A DNA stretch of 64,000 nt from an uncultured SAR86 cluster bacterium (GCA_943788515.1 CALSQM010000001.1:64501-128500); one strand, 5' to 3'. Positions 24,356 to 36,796 are shown, counted from the stretch's first letter. Numbers and translations are program-made. The notes: a model not told the origin generated them from the sequence alone.

Positions 24356-25288
24356 ATCAAAAAATCAATTGTTTTTATCTTAGGGCCAACAGCATCAGGC
24401 AAGACTGATCTGGCTATAGATATATATGATTCATCTGCAATAGAAATAATTAGTGTAGATTCTGTAATGGTCTACAAAGGTTGCGATATAGGATCTGCAA
24501 CGCCAAACAAAGAGACCTTAAGTAAGTATCCTCATCATCTAGTTAGTTGCATTGAACCAGAATCCATTTTTACAGTTTCAGATTTTTATAAGCAATCAAT
24601 AAAATTAATTAATTCTATTCATAAAAGAAAAAGAATTCCTGTTTTTGTTGGCGGTACAATGATGTATTTTAAATCTTTGCTATATGGATTGGATATTTTG
24701 CCTGAAAGAAATGATGAAATCAGAAAAAATCTTGAAAAAATTAAATTAAACAAAGGCACTAAAGAATTGCATTTAATGTTGACTGATAAAGATATTGATT
24801 ATGCAAATCAAGTTAATGAATTAGACGAACAAAGAATTATAAGAGCTCTTGAGGTAATAGAGATATCAGGAAAATCATTCAGTTCTCAAATTGGATCAAG
24901 AGGTAACACTTGGCTCACAAATCACTTTAATGTTCATCAATTCGGAATCTTTGAAGATGATAGGTCTGTGGTTCACTCAAGAATAGAGCAAAGACTTAGA
25001 CAAATTATTAAAGATGGTTTGCTGGATGAGGTTAGCTCATTACTTAAAGAATATAATATTCCCGAGCATCATCCAATCAGAAAGTCTGTGAATTACAAGC
25101 AGGCCATATCAAGAATTAACAATGAATATGGTGATGATGAATTTTTCTTAAGAGCGCTGTATGCAACCAGACAAATAGCAAAAAGACAAATGACATGGTT
25201 AAGATCATGGAAAGATTTAAAGAAATATAGCATTTACTCAAAAGAAGAAATAAAAAAACAGGTAAAAAGTTTATCTTCGGCACTTTAA
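24356..25288 (+). CDS. miaA: tRNA dimethylallyltransferase; no canonical start codon upstream of its P-loop
   Basis: The frame is open from 24308. It encodes ...IKKSIVFILGPTASGKTDLAIDIY...IISVDSVMVYKGCDIGSA upstream of the first ATG (24467), so the P-loop precedes any ATG/GTG/TTG. ATC 24356 would give (M)KKSIVFILGPTASGKT, the usual MiaA N-terminus. The 5' end I give is therefore provisional. Confidence 0.8.
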   Translation: MKKSIVFILGPTASGKTDLAIDIYDSSAIEIISVDSVMVYKGCDIGSATPNKETLSKYPHHLVSCIEPESIFTVSDFYKQSIKLINSIHKRKRIPVFVGGTMMYFKSLLYGLDILPERNDEIRKNLEKIKLNKGTKELHLMLTDKDIDYANQVNELDEQRIIRALEVIEISGKSFSSQIGSRGNTWLTNHFNVHQFGIFEDDRSVVHSRIEQRLRQIIKDGLLDEVSSLLKEYNIPEHHPIRKSVNYKQAISRINNEYGDDEFFLRALYATRQIAKRQMTWLRSWKDLKKYSIYSKEEIKKQVKSLSSAL

Positions 25289-25349
25289 ATATATCTTTAT
25301 GACCTTAAATTAGGTTTATAATAAAGAAAATACTTAGAGGTAATCTATT

Positions 25350-26411
25350 GTGAATTGGGATAACAAAGATAAAGATCCATGGGGAGGCAAGAATGATGCT
25401 TCCGACTTTGATGATCTAATTAAAAAGTTTTCAGCTTTTATTGGAGGAAAAGATAAGTCGTCTAGAAAAAAACCTGGAAATGGTGGAGGGATGAAAATTC
25501 CAACAACAAGAATTTTTCTTTATGGTTTTTTTATATTTTTAATAGTCTATGCATCACAATGTGTGTACCAACTAGATGCATCGGAAAGAGCTGTTATTCT
25601 TAGATTTGGTAAATTTTACGAAGAACAACAAGAAGGTTTAAATTATAGGTTAGCTGGAATAGATGAGCGTTACATTGAAAATGTTTCATTGACTAGGCGC
25701 TATACTCAGACTAATAGCATGCTAACTAAAGATGAGAATATTGTAGATGTTACTGTTTCAGCTCAGTATAGAATTTCCAATTTAAAAGATTTTGTTTTAA
25801 ATGTTAAAGACCCAGAAGGAAGCCTAAGACTTGCCATAGAAAGTGCATTAAGACATGTTGTTGGTGATAATACTTTAGAGCAAACATTAACAGTTGGAAG
25901 GGAAAATATAGCTCAAGAAGTTCAAGGAAGACTTCAGCAAATCTTAGATAACTATGAAACTGGACTTGTGGTTCAGCAAGTAAACATAGAAAAAACAGAC
26001 CCACCGGCGGCTGTAAAAGATGCATTTGATGATGTTGTTGCTGCAAGAGAGGATAAAGAAAAACTTCAAAATGAAGCTGAAAGATATGCGTTAACCATAG
26101 TTCCTGAGGCCAGAGGTCAAGCACAAGCAAGAATAAGAAATGCTGAAGGTTATCTCCTAGAAGTTATTGCAAATGCAGAAGGTGAGGTTGGAAGATTCAC
26201 TCAGTTACTAGAAGAGTATGAGAAAGCACCAACGGTAACAAGAGATAGAATGTATATAGATGCCATGCAGGCAGTTTTGTCAAATACGACAAAAGTTATG
26301 GTAGATATAGATAGTGGTAATAACCTAATGTTATTTCCTTTAGACCAAATCATACAAAACTCAACAAGAGACTCTGGTCTTACTAAAAGAAATGGAGATG
26401 ATAATGAATAG
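25350..26411 (+). CDS. hflK: FtsH protease modulator HflK
   Basis: 353 aa, GTG start. PWG-rich N-terminus, one TM helix, band-7/SPFH domain. Followed by hflC. Confidence 0.9.
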   Translation: MNWDNKDKDPWGGKNDASDFDDLIKKFSAFIGGKDKSSRKKPGNGGGMKIPTTRIFLYGFFIFLIVYASQCVYQLDASERAVILRFGKFYEEQQEGLNYRLAGIDERYIENVSLTRRYTQTNSMLTKDENIVDVTVSAQYRISNLKDFVLNVKDPEGSLRLAIESALRHVVGDNTLEQTLTVGRENIAQEVQGRLQQILDNYETGLVVQQVNIEKTDPPAAVKDAFDDVVAAREDKEKLQNEAERYALTIVPEARGQAQARIRNAEGYLLEVIANAEGEVGRFTQLLEEYEKAPTVTRDRMYIDAMQAVLSNTTKVMVDIDSGNNLMLFPLDQIIQNSTRDSGLTKRNGDDNE

Positions 26412-27273
26412 ACTTACTTATGCAACGGTTTTTGCTGCACTTGTTATTGGTCTGCTTTTCAATACCTTTTTTATTGTTAATGAAAAAGAGGAAGCTATTG
26501 TTTTTCGATTTGGTGAAGCTGTTAGAACTGATATTGATGTGGGATTCCATTTTAAATTTCCAATCATTGAAGAGGTTAAAAAATATGACAGCAGAATACA
26601 AACTCTTGATGAAGAGCCGGATAGAATATTAACCGTAGAAAGCAAGTATCTTCTTGTTGATTCTTTTATAAAGTACAAAATATCTAATGTATTAACTTTT
26701 TATAAGGCTAACAATGGAAGTTTTAATAGCTTAAATAGTTTGCTTGGGCAGAGGTCTGAGTTTGTTCTAAAAAATAATTTCGGAAAAAGAACAGTTAAAG
26801 AGCTTGTTTCTGGAGAAAGGGATGAGCTTATGAGTATTATGCTAAATTCTTTAGATGAATCTGTTGAAGATCTTGGTATTGAAATAATTGATTTCAGGGT
26901 CAAAAGAATTGATTTACCATCTAATTTAAGTAACTCTGTTTATGAAAGAATGAGAACAGAAAGAAATAGACTAGCAGAGGAGCTAAGATCAGAGGGCAAG
27001 GAAATATCAAGAGAAATTAGGGCTGTGGCTGACAAGGATAAGGTAGTAATTCTTGCAGAAGCATACAAAAAATCTGAATTATTAAGAGGTGAGGGTGATG
27101 CTGAAGCTGCAAGAATATATGCAGAAAGTTTCTCAAAAAATCCTGAGTTTTACGAATTCACTAGAAGTTTGAAAGCATATGTTGAAACCTTTGAAAACAA
27201 GAATGACGTTATGTTAATCGATGCTAACTCTGATTTTTTAAAATACTTAAATACTAAAGAAATATCTAAATAA
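26392..27273 (+). CDS. hflC: FtsH protease modulator HflC
   Basis: 293 aa. N-terminal TM helix and SPFH domain (RIDLPSNLSNSVYERMRTER, RGEGDAEAARIYA). Start may be ATG 26404. Confidence 0.9.
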   Translation: MEMIMNRLTYATVFAALVIGLLFNTFFIVNEKEEAIVFRFGEAVRTDIDVGFHFKFPIIEEVKKYDSRIQTLDEEPDRILTVESKYLLVDSFIKYKISNVLTFYKANNGSFNSLNSLLGQRSEFVLKNNFGKRTVKELVSGERDELMSIMLNSLDESVEDLGIEIIDFRVKRIDLPSNLSNSVYERMRTERNRLAEELRSEGKEISREIRAVADKDKVVILAEAYKKSELLRGEGDAEAARIYAESFSKNPEFYEFTRSLKAYVETFENKNDVMLIDANSDFLKYLNTKEISK

Positions 27274-27277
27274 ATAG

Positions 27278-28904
<1,627 letters not shown>

Positions 28905-28921
<17 letters not shown>

Positions 28922-29315
28922 TTATCAATGTCCTTAATGATTCTGCATTATTTTTTGTATTCACAATTAGTCTTTCTAGGAGCTGTTCTTTATTTTCAAC
29001 GCATATAACATTATTAATAAATGCAATATTTGGATAGGCTAGAGCAAGCTCACCAACTGATCTAAATGTTTCATTTGTAACTAGTTCATAATGAGAGGTA
29101 CCACCCCTAATAACTATTCCAAGAAATATTACTCCCACAAATTTCTCATTCGTACTCATTATTTTTTGCTTTGCCAGCGCGGCAAGCTCAATAGCACCGG
29201 GAGCACAAGCAAACGAAAGATTAAAATTATTAGAAAGACTTTCAGATGAAATATCTACCATTTGTTTTATATAATCTTGATACCAGGATGTATGAACTAT
29301 TAGAACTTTATTCAT
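28905..29315 (-). CDS. ribH: 6,7-dimethyl-8-ribityllumazine synthase (divergent, short)
   Basis: 136 aa. APGAIELAALAK and VIFLGIVIRGGTSHYELV resemble the lumazine synthase core (VPGAFE...GAVIRG.T.H). Conserved position between ribBA and nusB. The N-terminus is atypical. Confidence 0.7.
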
Positions 29316-30387
29316 TCACAAAACCAGTTATTTCAATATTAAAACCCGAAACTGCATTATATTTAGTTGGAGTTCCAAGTACTGATATTTTCTTAAGATC
29401 AAGGGCTCTTAATATTTGAGATCCAACACCAATAACTCTTCTATTTGCTTTAGGCTCAACCTCTTTATCCTCTAGTTTGTTTAGCCAATAACTTTTAGCA
29501 TCCCTATGGTTAATCAAAACAAAAAGCCCAGCCTCTTCTTTAGAAATTCTTTCAAGAGATTTTCTAATAGACCAATTTTTTCCAAGATCTTCTATGCCAA
29601 GGGTATCCTGTAAGATGCTATGTGTCTGCACTCTAACTAAAGGCGATTCTATTGACTGAAGGTTGCCTTTTGAAAGAGAAAAATGATACTCATCATTGAT
29701 GATGTCTCTCCAAACAATTAATTTAAAATCACCAAATTCATTTGAAACATCTTTTTCATGTATAGCTTCAACAGTGGAATCTGAGGAAAGCCTGTAATCA
29801 ATTAAATCCGCTATTGTTCCTACCTTAATATTATTATCTTTACCAAATTTTATAAGATCATCTCTTCGTGCCATTGTTCCATCATCATTCATGATTTCAC
29901 ATATCACTCCAGCAGATTGAAGGCCAGCAAGTTTTGCTAAATCACATGCAGCTTCTGTGTGCCCAGCTCTGCTTAGCACTCCACCTTCCATAGCCTTTAG
30001 AGGGAAGATGTGGCCAGGTTGAACGATATCTGATGCTTTTGAATCTTTGTTTACTGCAGTTCTAATTGTATATGCTCTATCAGCAGCAGATATTCCAGTA
30101 GTGATACCTTCTGCAGCCTCAATCGATACTGTAAAAGCTGTTCTATTGGCAGCCTTGTTATTACTAGTCATCATCTGAAGGTCATACTTATCACAAAGAT
30201 TGGTACTCATTGGAAGGCATATTAATCCTCTGCCTTTAGAGGCCATAAAATTAATAATTTCTGGTGTAACCAAATCTGCAGCGCATATAAGATCACCTTC
30301 ATTTTCTCTAGATTCATCATCAAGAATTATGACCATCTTGCCATTTTTAATATCTTCAATGATTTCTATGATGTTGTTCTTTAGCAT
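29308..30387 (-). CDS. ribBA: 3,4-dihydroxy-2-butanone-4-phosphate synthase fused to a degenerate GTP cyclohydrolase II-like domain
   Basis: 359 aa. RibB domain ([43 protein letters not shown]). The C-terminal half aligns with RibA but lacks the Zn-binding Cys triad ([14 protein letters not shown] instead of HSECLTGD...CDCG). Confidence 0.9.
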   Translation of the reverse strand: MLKNNIIEIIEDIKNGKMVIILDDESRENEGDLICAADLVTPEIINFMASKGRGLICLPMSTNLCDKYDLQMMTSNNKAANRTAFTVSIEAAEGITTGISAADRAYTIRTAVNKDSKASDIVQPGHIFPLKAMEGGVLSRAGHTEAACDLAKLAGLQSAGVICEIMNDDGTMARRDDLIKFGKDNNIKVGTIADLIDYRLSSDSTVEAIHEKDVSNEFGDFKLIVWRDIINDEYHFSLSKGNLQSIESPLVRVQTHSILQDTLGIEDLGKNWSIRKSLERISKEEAGLFVLINHRDAKSYWLNKLEDKEVEPKANRRVIGVGSQILRALDLKKISVLGTPTKYNAVSGFNIEITGFVNE

Positions 30388-31391
30388 TTTTTATAGATTT
30401 GTTTTATGTCTGATTCAATTTTATATGAGGATTCTAGAGTAAAACCAAAGTTTTCAACAGTAGTTTCTTCATCAAACCAATTTACACCATCATCTCCTAC
30501 TTTATTTGGAGATTTATAAATAATTACTTCATCCACAAGATTAGAAATTAAAAATGCATTTACTAATTTAGGTCCAGCTTCAACAAGGATTGAATTAATC
30601 GGTGATTTTTGAATTTGAGACACTATTTTGTGAATATTTCTTTCTTTTATAATTTCAACATCCGCTTCCTGAAAAAATTTATAGTCATATGAGATATTGT
30701 CTTTATTTGATAAGAGTATTTTTTTAGCTTGATTAACTGGAAATTTAACACGAGCATTCATTTGAGGGTTGTCAGCTAGAAGGGTGTTACCACCAGTTAA
30801 AATAGAATCATAATCTGCTCTTAGAATCTGAACATCTTCCCTTGATTCATTCGATGTAATAAATATCCTCTCGCCATTTTTTTTATGAGACTTTCCATCA
30901 GCAGATGAAGCAATTTTTACTGCAATATATGGTTTTTTATTCTCATGCTTGAAAAAAAAATGCTTATTTTGTTTTTTAACTTCATTGGCACAAATATCAA
31001 ATTCAACCATGACACCATTATCAATTAATTTTTTAATACCTTTTCCTGAAACTAATGGATTTGGATCCTTGGAACCAATGACAACTTTTTTTATTCCAGC
31101 TTTAATGATTGCATCTGAGCATGGACCAGTTTTACCATGATGACTACATGGCTCAAGAGTACAGATTAATGTGAGTTCATCAAAAGAATTAAATGTTTTT
31201 CCTAGTTCTTTTTTTGCTTTTGCTATGGCGTTAATTTCCGCATGACATGATCCAAATATCTCATGCTCACCTTGTGAAATTATCTGATTATCTTTAATTA
31301 ATAGAGCTCCAACAACTGGATTAGGTTTTGCAGTAAACTTGAAAGCATCAGCGTTAGAGATAGCTCTCTTCATGTACTTAATATAGTTCAT
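30381..31391 (-). CDS. ribD: bifunctional diaminohydroxyphosphoribosylaminopyrimidine deaminase / 5-amino-6-(5-phosphoribosylamino)uracil reductase
   Basis: 336 aa. Deaminase motifs HAEINAI and [14 protein letters not shown], with a C-terminal reductase domain. Confidence 0.9.
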   Translation of the reverse strand: MNYIKYMKRAISNADAFKFTAKPNPVVGALLIKDNQIISQGEHEIFGSCHAEINAIAKAKKELGKTFNSFDELTLICTLEPCSHHGKTGPCSDAIIKAGIKKVVIGSKDPNPLVSGKGIKKLIDNGVMVEFDICANEVKKQNKHFFFKHENKKPYIAVKIASSADGKSHKKNGERIFITSNESREDVQILRADYDSILTGGNTLLADNPQMNARVKFPVNQAKKILLSNKDNISYDYKFFQEADVEIIKERNIHKIVSQIQKSPINSILVEAGPKLVNAFLISNLVDEVIIYKSPNKVGDDGVNWFDEETTVENFGFTLESSYKIESDIKQIYKKC

Positions 31392-31867
31392 TTTTTTGTT
31401 TTTTTTCTTGAGGGCTTTTCTTTACTAAGGGAAGTAATCTCTGCAGAAAAATCTTTAATATCTTGAAAATCTCTATATACAGAGGCAAAGCGTACGTAAG
31501 CCACAGTATCGACCTCCTTAAGAGTATTCATCATAAATTCACCAATTTTGATAGACTGAATTTCACGCACACCACTGGTACGGATTTCTGTAAGAATTTT
31601 ACCAAATGCAGTATCGATTTCTTCTGATGATAGAGGTCTTTTTTCTAATGCTCTCAACATTCCTCTTTTTAACTTAGAGCCATTAAATGGTTGTCTCTCC
31701 CCATTACTTTTAATTACTCTAGGTAGAGCAAGGTCGGCTGTTTCAAAAGTAGTAAATCGAGAGTGACAAACTTCACAGGACCTTCTTCTTCTCGTTTGAG
31801 ACCCATCAGCAACAAGCCTTGAATCAATTACTTTAGTATCTTCAGCTTGGCAAAATGGACAGTACAT
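31388..31867 (-). CDS. nrdR: transcriptional repressor NrdR
   Basis: 159 aa. Zn ribbon [17 protein letters not shown]...CEVC and an ATP-cone. Confidence 0.95.
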   Translation of the reverse strand: MYCPFCQAEDTKVIDSRLVADGSQTRRRRSCEVCHSRFTTFETADLALPRVIKSNGERQPFNGSKLKRGMLRALEKRPLSSEEIDTAFGKILTEIRTSGVREIQSIKIGEFMMNTLKEVDTVAYVRFASVYRDFQDIKDFSAEITSLSKEKPSRKKTKK

Positions 31868-33169
31868 CTATAAATTATAGACTGGATATTTACTAGTGAG
31901 CTCAATAACACTATTTTTTATTTCATCCATTTTTGATATATCTTGATGATTTTCTATAACATCACAAATCCAATTGCTTATTTTTTCTACTTCTTCCTCT
32001 TTAAAACCCCTGGTAGTCACTGCAGGAGTTCCAAGTCTTACCCCAGAAGTTACAAAAGGAGATCTTGGATCATCTGGAACCGCATTTTTATTAACAGTAA
32101 TATTTACATCTCCCAATGCTTTTTCTAGCTCTTTGCCAGTAATTTCTTTATTTCTAAGGTCAACAAGAATAATATGATTTTCTGTTTTACCAGTCACCAC
32201 ATCAATTCCTCTAGATTGAATGGTAGAACACATAACTTTTGCGTTATCCATTACTTGTTTTATATAAGTCTTAAATTCAGGCTCTAAAGCCTCTTTAAAG
32301 CAAACAGCTTTTGCAGCAACGACATGCATTAATGGACCACCCTGAGAGCCAGGAAATACTGCAGAGTTTAATTTTTTTTCAATTGCTTCATTTTTTCTAG
32401 CTAATATTATTCCTGAGCGGGGACCTCTTAATGTTTTATGCGTTGTTGATGTGACAACATCAGCAAAAGGGATTGGTGATGGATAGAGTTCAGCTGCAAC
32501 CAATCCAGATATGTGAGCCATATCTACAAGAAAATATGCATTAACTTCATCTGCTATTTCTCTAAATATTTTCCAATCTATTATTCCTGAATATGCAGAA
32601 AAGCCAGCAATTATTAATTTAGGCCTATGTTCATGAGCTAATTTTCTTACCTGATCGTAATCAATTTCATTAGTTTCTGGGTGAAGACCATATTGAATTC
32701 CTTTGTAATTTTTTCCTGAAAAATTTACTTTTGCACCATGGGTTAAATGACCGCCATGATCTAGACTCATTCCTAAAATCGTATCATTAGGTTCTAATAG
32801 GGCTAAAAATGCTGCAGCATTTGCTGATGATCCTGAGTGAGGTTGAACATTTGCATAATCTGCTTTGAAAAGCTCCTTAGCTCTTGATATGGCTAATTCT
32901 TCAGCAATATCTACATATTCACAACCACCATAATATCTTTTTGACGGATATCCCTCTGCATATTTATTTGTAAGAACTGATCCCTGAGCTTCAAGGATCC
33001 TAGTACTCGCATAATTTTCAGAAGCTATTAATTCTATGTGTTCTTCCTGTCTTAAAGACTCATTTTCCATAGATGACCACAACTCAGAATCATATTCTTT
33101 AATTGATTCATTATTGCTAAAAATAGAGTCACTTTTAGAAAGCATTTTAATTTTTGATTCGGTGTTCAT
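31868..33169 (-). CDS. glyA: serine hydroxymethyltransferase
   Basis: 433 aa. [32 protein letters not shown]. Start may be the internal Met (MLSKSD...). Confidence 0.95.
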   Translation of the reverse strand: MNTESKIKMLSKSDSIFSNNESIKEYDSELWSSMENESLRQEEHIELIASENYASTRILEAQGSVLTNKYAEGYPSKRYYGGCEYVDIAEELAISRAKELFKADYANVQPHSGSSANAAAFLALLEPNDTILGMSLDHGGHLTHGAKVNFSGKNYKGIQYGLHPETNEIDYDQVRKLAHEHRPKLIIAGFSAYSGIIDWKIFREIADEVNAYFLVDMAHISGLVAAELYPSPIPFADVVTSTTHKTLRGPRSGIILARKNEAIEKKLNSAVFPGSQGGPLMHVVAAKAVCFKEALEPEFKTYIKQVMDNAKVMCSTIQSRGIDVVTGKTENHIILVDLRNKEITGKELEKALGDVNITVNKNAVPDDPRSPFVTSGVRLGTPAVTTRGFKEEEVEKISNWICDVIENHQDISKMDEIKNSVIELTSKYPVYNL

Positions 33170-33225
33170 ATTTAACTTTTACCACTTAAGAAAATAGAAA
33201 ATTTTGAATCATGATTTTAAATCAT

Positions 33226-33881
33226 CTAAGGCTTCTTGTGTATAAAAGGCTTCATTCTTTTTGGATAACATGCTTTGCAGATACTACATTCGAGTCCATA
33301 GCAGGCTTTTGCTTGGCAGAACTCTCTACCCCAAAAAATAATTTGAAGATGTAGCTTGTTCCAAGATGATATTGGAAATAATTTTTTTAAGTCAATTTCT
33401 GTCACCCTTACATTTTTTCCATTCGTTAAACCCCATCTTTGGGCAAGTCTATGAATATGGGTATCAACAGCAAATGCAGGGATTCCAAAGCCTTGACTCA
33501 TTACTACAGAGGCTGTTTTGTGACCTACACCAGGAAGCTTTTCAAGATCATTAAAGTTATCTGGAACAATACTATTATATTTTTTAACAAGTATTTTTGA
33601 TAATTCCCTTATCGCTTTTGATTTTTTTGGACCAAGTCCACATGGCTTTATAATTGAATAAATAGTCTCTTTAGATAGCTTACTCATTTCAAGAGGCGAA
33701 GACGCTAATTTAAATAAACTAGGAGTTACCTTATTAACTCGCTCATCAGTGCATTGTGCTGAAAGTAAGACAGCAACTAACAGAGTAAAATTATCAGAAT
33801 GATCTAACGGTATTGGAGTTTCTAGGGTAGTGCTTATTTAGCGTCTTCTGCTACCAACAATGCTCTTTCAGATTTCTTCAT
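33226..33881 (-). CDS. nth: endonuclease III (HhH-GPD DNA glycosylase/AP lyase), apparent 1-nt frameshift near N-terminus
   Basis: The frame of ORF 33226-33687 stays open upstream to 33837 (ISTTLETPIPLDHSDNFTLLVAVLLSAQCTDERVNKV..., LPGVGHKTASVV, VDTHIHRL, C-terminal Cys cluster). A 15-codon ORF from ATG 33881 (MKKSERALLVAEDAK) stops at 33834-33836. Adding one A to the A3 run (33837-33839) fuses them into a ~218-aa Nth. Confidence 0.85.
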
Positions 33882-33915
33882 AGTGTCAAATGTAGCATAA
33901 TAGTTCATTCAAAAT

Positions 33916-34203
33916 ATGAATGCTAAAAAAATACATGAATATCTCCTCAAACTAAAAGAAATTTTCTTAGAGGAAACCGAAGAGAATAGAAAAATGCTGG
34001 ATATTTATGTTAAATCCATAGAAGGTAGAGAATCTGATGAAGAAACAGATTATGCCAACAATCAATTAAAGCAAATTTTTAAAAATCTAGGGCTCGGCAT
34101 TTTAACTGTTTTGCCATTTAGCCCAATAACCATTCCCTATGTTATAAAAAAAGCAAAAGAATATGGCATAGATATGATACCTAATTGGTATAAGAAGCTT
34201 TAA
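33916..34203 (+). CDS. small hypothetical protein (95 aa), possibly membrane-associated
   Basis: Clean ORF in an otherwise unoccupied gap. Charged N-terminal half, then a hydrophobic stretch LGLGILTVLPFSPITIPYVI. Faint resemblance to LETM1-like segments. No confident family. Confidence 0.5.
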   Translation: MNAKKIHEYLLKLKEIFLEETEENRKMLDIYVKSIEGRESDEETDYANNQLKQIFKNLGLGILTVLPFSPITIPYVIKKAKEYGIDMIPNWYKKL

Positions 34204-34261
34204 GAAGAACATGGGATAGATTAGAATGGTGGGGTAAATTTTTTACTTATTTGGAGAAATT

Positions 34262-35450
34262 ATGAAAAATGTAGTTATAGTTGATAGTGTTAGAACTGGA
34301 CTAGCTAAATCTCATCGTGGCGGATTTAATATGACTAGACCTGATAATATGCTTGCTCATATCATCAATGCCTTACTAGAAAGAAATCCCAACCTTCCTC
34401 CGGAAGCTGTTGAGGATATTATTATGGGTTGTGGAAATCCTGAAGGCGCTCAAGGTCATAACATTGGAAGAAATGCAGCAGTGTTATCAAGTCTTCCATT
34501 AAGTACTGGTGGAACAACAATTAATAGATATTGCTCATCAGGCCTTCAATCAATCTCAATGGCAGCTGGTCAAATTATGGCTGGTTGTTACGATACTGTT
34601 ATTGCTGGCGGTGCTGAAACTATTTCAATGATGAAAATGAATATGGATAATTTTGTCAATGATAAACTTAGCCGAACAATCTCCTGGAATATACTATCCA
34701 ATGGGCATGACGGCTGAGGTCGTTGCTAAAAGATACAACGTGTCAAGAGAAACTCAGGATGAAATAGCATTTGAAAGTCAAAAAAGAACTGCTGCTGCTC
34801 AGGAAGCTGGTATTTTTAATGATGAGATTGTAGCAATGCAAACAAAAATGTTACTTACTAATAAAGAGACAGGTGAATCTAAAGAAGTTGATGTAACTGT
34901 AGACAAAGATGAGTGCAACAGACCAGGTACAACTATGGAAGCTTTAGCTAGCTTAAAGCCAGTATTTGATCCTGAAGCTGGTTCGGTTACAGCAGGAAAT
35001 TCCTCACAATTATCTGATGGTGCTTCTATAAATTTAGTTATGTCAGAAGAGAAGGCGCTTGAGCTTGGGTTAAAACCAATAGCTTATTTTAGAGGATTTA
35101 CAACAATGGGTTGTGAACCAGATGAGATGGGTATTGGCCCAGTATATTCTGTTCCTAAACTGCTCAAGAATTATAATATGTCAGTTGAAGATATTGATCT
35201 TTGGGAGTTAAATGAAGCTTTTGCAGTTCAAGTTGCTCATTGTAGAGATACTTTAGGCATTTCCATGGATAAACTAAATGTTAATGGAGGCTCAATCTCA
35301 ATTGGTCATCCTTTCGGCATGACAGGCTCAAGATGTGTAGGTCATTTAACGCGTGAGTTAGTTAGAAGTGATAAGCAGTTTGGAGTTGTTACTATGTGTG
35401 TAGGTGGAGGCATGGGAGCATCTGGTTTATTTGAAAGATACCCAAGTTAA
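34262..35450 (+). CDS. acetyl-CoA C-acyltransferase (thiolase), apparent 1-nt frameshift
   Basis: GGAG Shine-Dalgarno before ATG 34262. Active-site NRYCSSGLQSI in ORF 34262-34717. MGMTAEVVAKRY, NEAFA, GGSISIGHPFGMTG and CVGGGMG in ORF 34653-35450. Removing one A of the A3 run at 34664-34666 gives ...MNMDNFVNDNLAEQSPGIYYPMGMTAE... Confidence 0.85.
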
Positions 35451-35453
35451 TCC

Positions 35454-36341
35454 TTGGTTTCAGAATTTGAGCTGATTAAATTATTTAATGGTATTGGCTC
35501 TAAATATAACGAACAAAATGGCATAGTCCTCTCTCCTGGCGACGACTGTGCCGTTATTGATTTACCCCTTCCAATTGTTACTTCAATTGATGCATCTATT
35601 TGTGATGTTCATTTCCCAAACAATGCATCAGCAAAAGATATAGGCTATAGAGCAGTTGCGGTTGCTCTCAGCGATATTGCTGCAATGGGATGTCAACCAA
35701 GAGGTTTTAGTATTTCTCTTTCATGTTTGAATCAAGATATAAGCTGGTATAAAGATCTTGCTGATGGATTTACTAATATTGCTGATGAATTTCAAATGTC
35801 TCTTATTGGAGGAGATGTCACTAAAGGCCCTCTAAATATTAATGTTGTAGTATACGGAACTCCATATAATTCAAAATTCTTAAAAAGAAATGGAGCTAAA
35901 AAGGGAGACTTTATCTGCATTACAAAGCCTGTTGGCAGAGCAAAAAAAGGCTTAGAAGATTTCCAAAACAATAAATCAGAATCTAGTTTTTTAGAAGACT
36001 ATTTGCGACCAAAACCTCAAATAGAATTAGGTAAAAAAATTGTTAATTACGCATCATCATGCATAGATATATCTGATGGATTGCTTTCTGATCTTAATCA
36101 TATTCTTGTCTCATCAAAAGTTGGAGCAACTATTCTCTTGGATGATATTCCAATAACCTCTGATATAGATGATATAAATGCTGGTGATGATTATGACTTA
36201 TGCTTTACACTTCCTCCTCAAATGATGGAGAGTAAATTTTATAAAATTGGTGAAATTACTGAGGAATTAGGAATTAAATTTAACTCTAATAAAGGTTATG
36301 ATGCATCAATTAAAGGATTCGACCATTTTAAAAATGAATAA
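35454..36341 (+). CDS. thiL: thiamine-monophosphate kinase
   Basis: 295 aa, TTG start. SEFELIK, GDDCAVI, AVALSDIAAMG, GGD. Followed by pgpA as in the conserved thiL-pgpA pair. Confidence 0.85.
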   Translation: MVSEFELIKLFNGIGSKYNEQNGIVLSPGDDCAVIDLPLPIVTSIDASICDVHFPNNASAKDIGYRAVAVALSDIAAMGCQPRGFSISLSCLNQDISWYKDLADGFTNIADEFQMSLIGGDVTKGPLNINVVVYGTPYNSKFLKRNGAKKGDFICITKPVGRAKKGLEDFQNNKSESSFLEDYLRPKPQIELGKKIVNYASSCIDISDGLLSDLNHILVSSKVGATILLDDIPITSDIDDINAGDDYDLCFTLPPQMMESKFYKIGEITEELGIKFNSNKGYDASIKGFDHFKNE

Positions 36342-36796
36342 ATTTCCTAACTTAAAAAAGCCATCTCACTTGTTAGCTACGTTATTTGGAGTGGGTAAGC
36401 TTCCTTATGGCCCAGGTACATGGGGTTCTCTGGCAACTCTTATTGTTTGGTATTTTTGTAATGAGCATATACAAACTAGTATTGAAGTCCTTATAGCTAT
36501 TATTCTTCTTCGCATTACTGATTTGTTATTTTTCAACTAATGATCATGAGGAAAAAGATCATAAATCCATTGTTGTAGACGAGTTTGCAGGGATGTGGTT
36601 GGCACTCTTTTTAATTCCTGATATCAAAACTGCTGGCTTAGCATTTTTATTATTTAGACTATTTGATATATTTAAACCATTCCCTATCTCTTATGTAGAT
36701 AAGAATATAAAAAATGCTTTCGGGGTTGTTTTAGATGATTTAATAGCAGGGTTAGCTGCTGGTTATCTAACAATATTTCTTTATTCTTTCTTCTAA
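36334..36796 (+). CDS. pgpA: phosphatidylglycerophosphatase A, apparent 1-nt frameshift
   Basis: ATG 36334 overlaps the thiL stop (ATGAATAA). N-terminal LLATLFGVGKLPYGPGTWGSLA lies in one frame. DHKSIVVDEFAGMWLAL...FRLFDIFKPFPI...VVLDDLIAGL lies in the +1 frame, which is open from 36497. The first frame stops at 36538-36540. Confidence 0.8.

Noticed and set aside
36298-36333. Upstream ATG 36298 as pgpA start; also GTG 46353 as scpA start and ATG 6824 as gltB start
   Set aside because: The extra N-terminal residues lie inside the preceding gene or a palindrome and are not part of the conserved protein. ATG 36334, ATG 46362 and ATG 6848 give canonical N-termini. The ORF-track coordinates are kept for scpA and gltB only for traceability.
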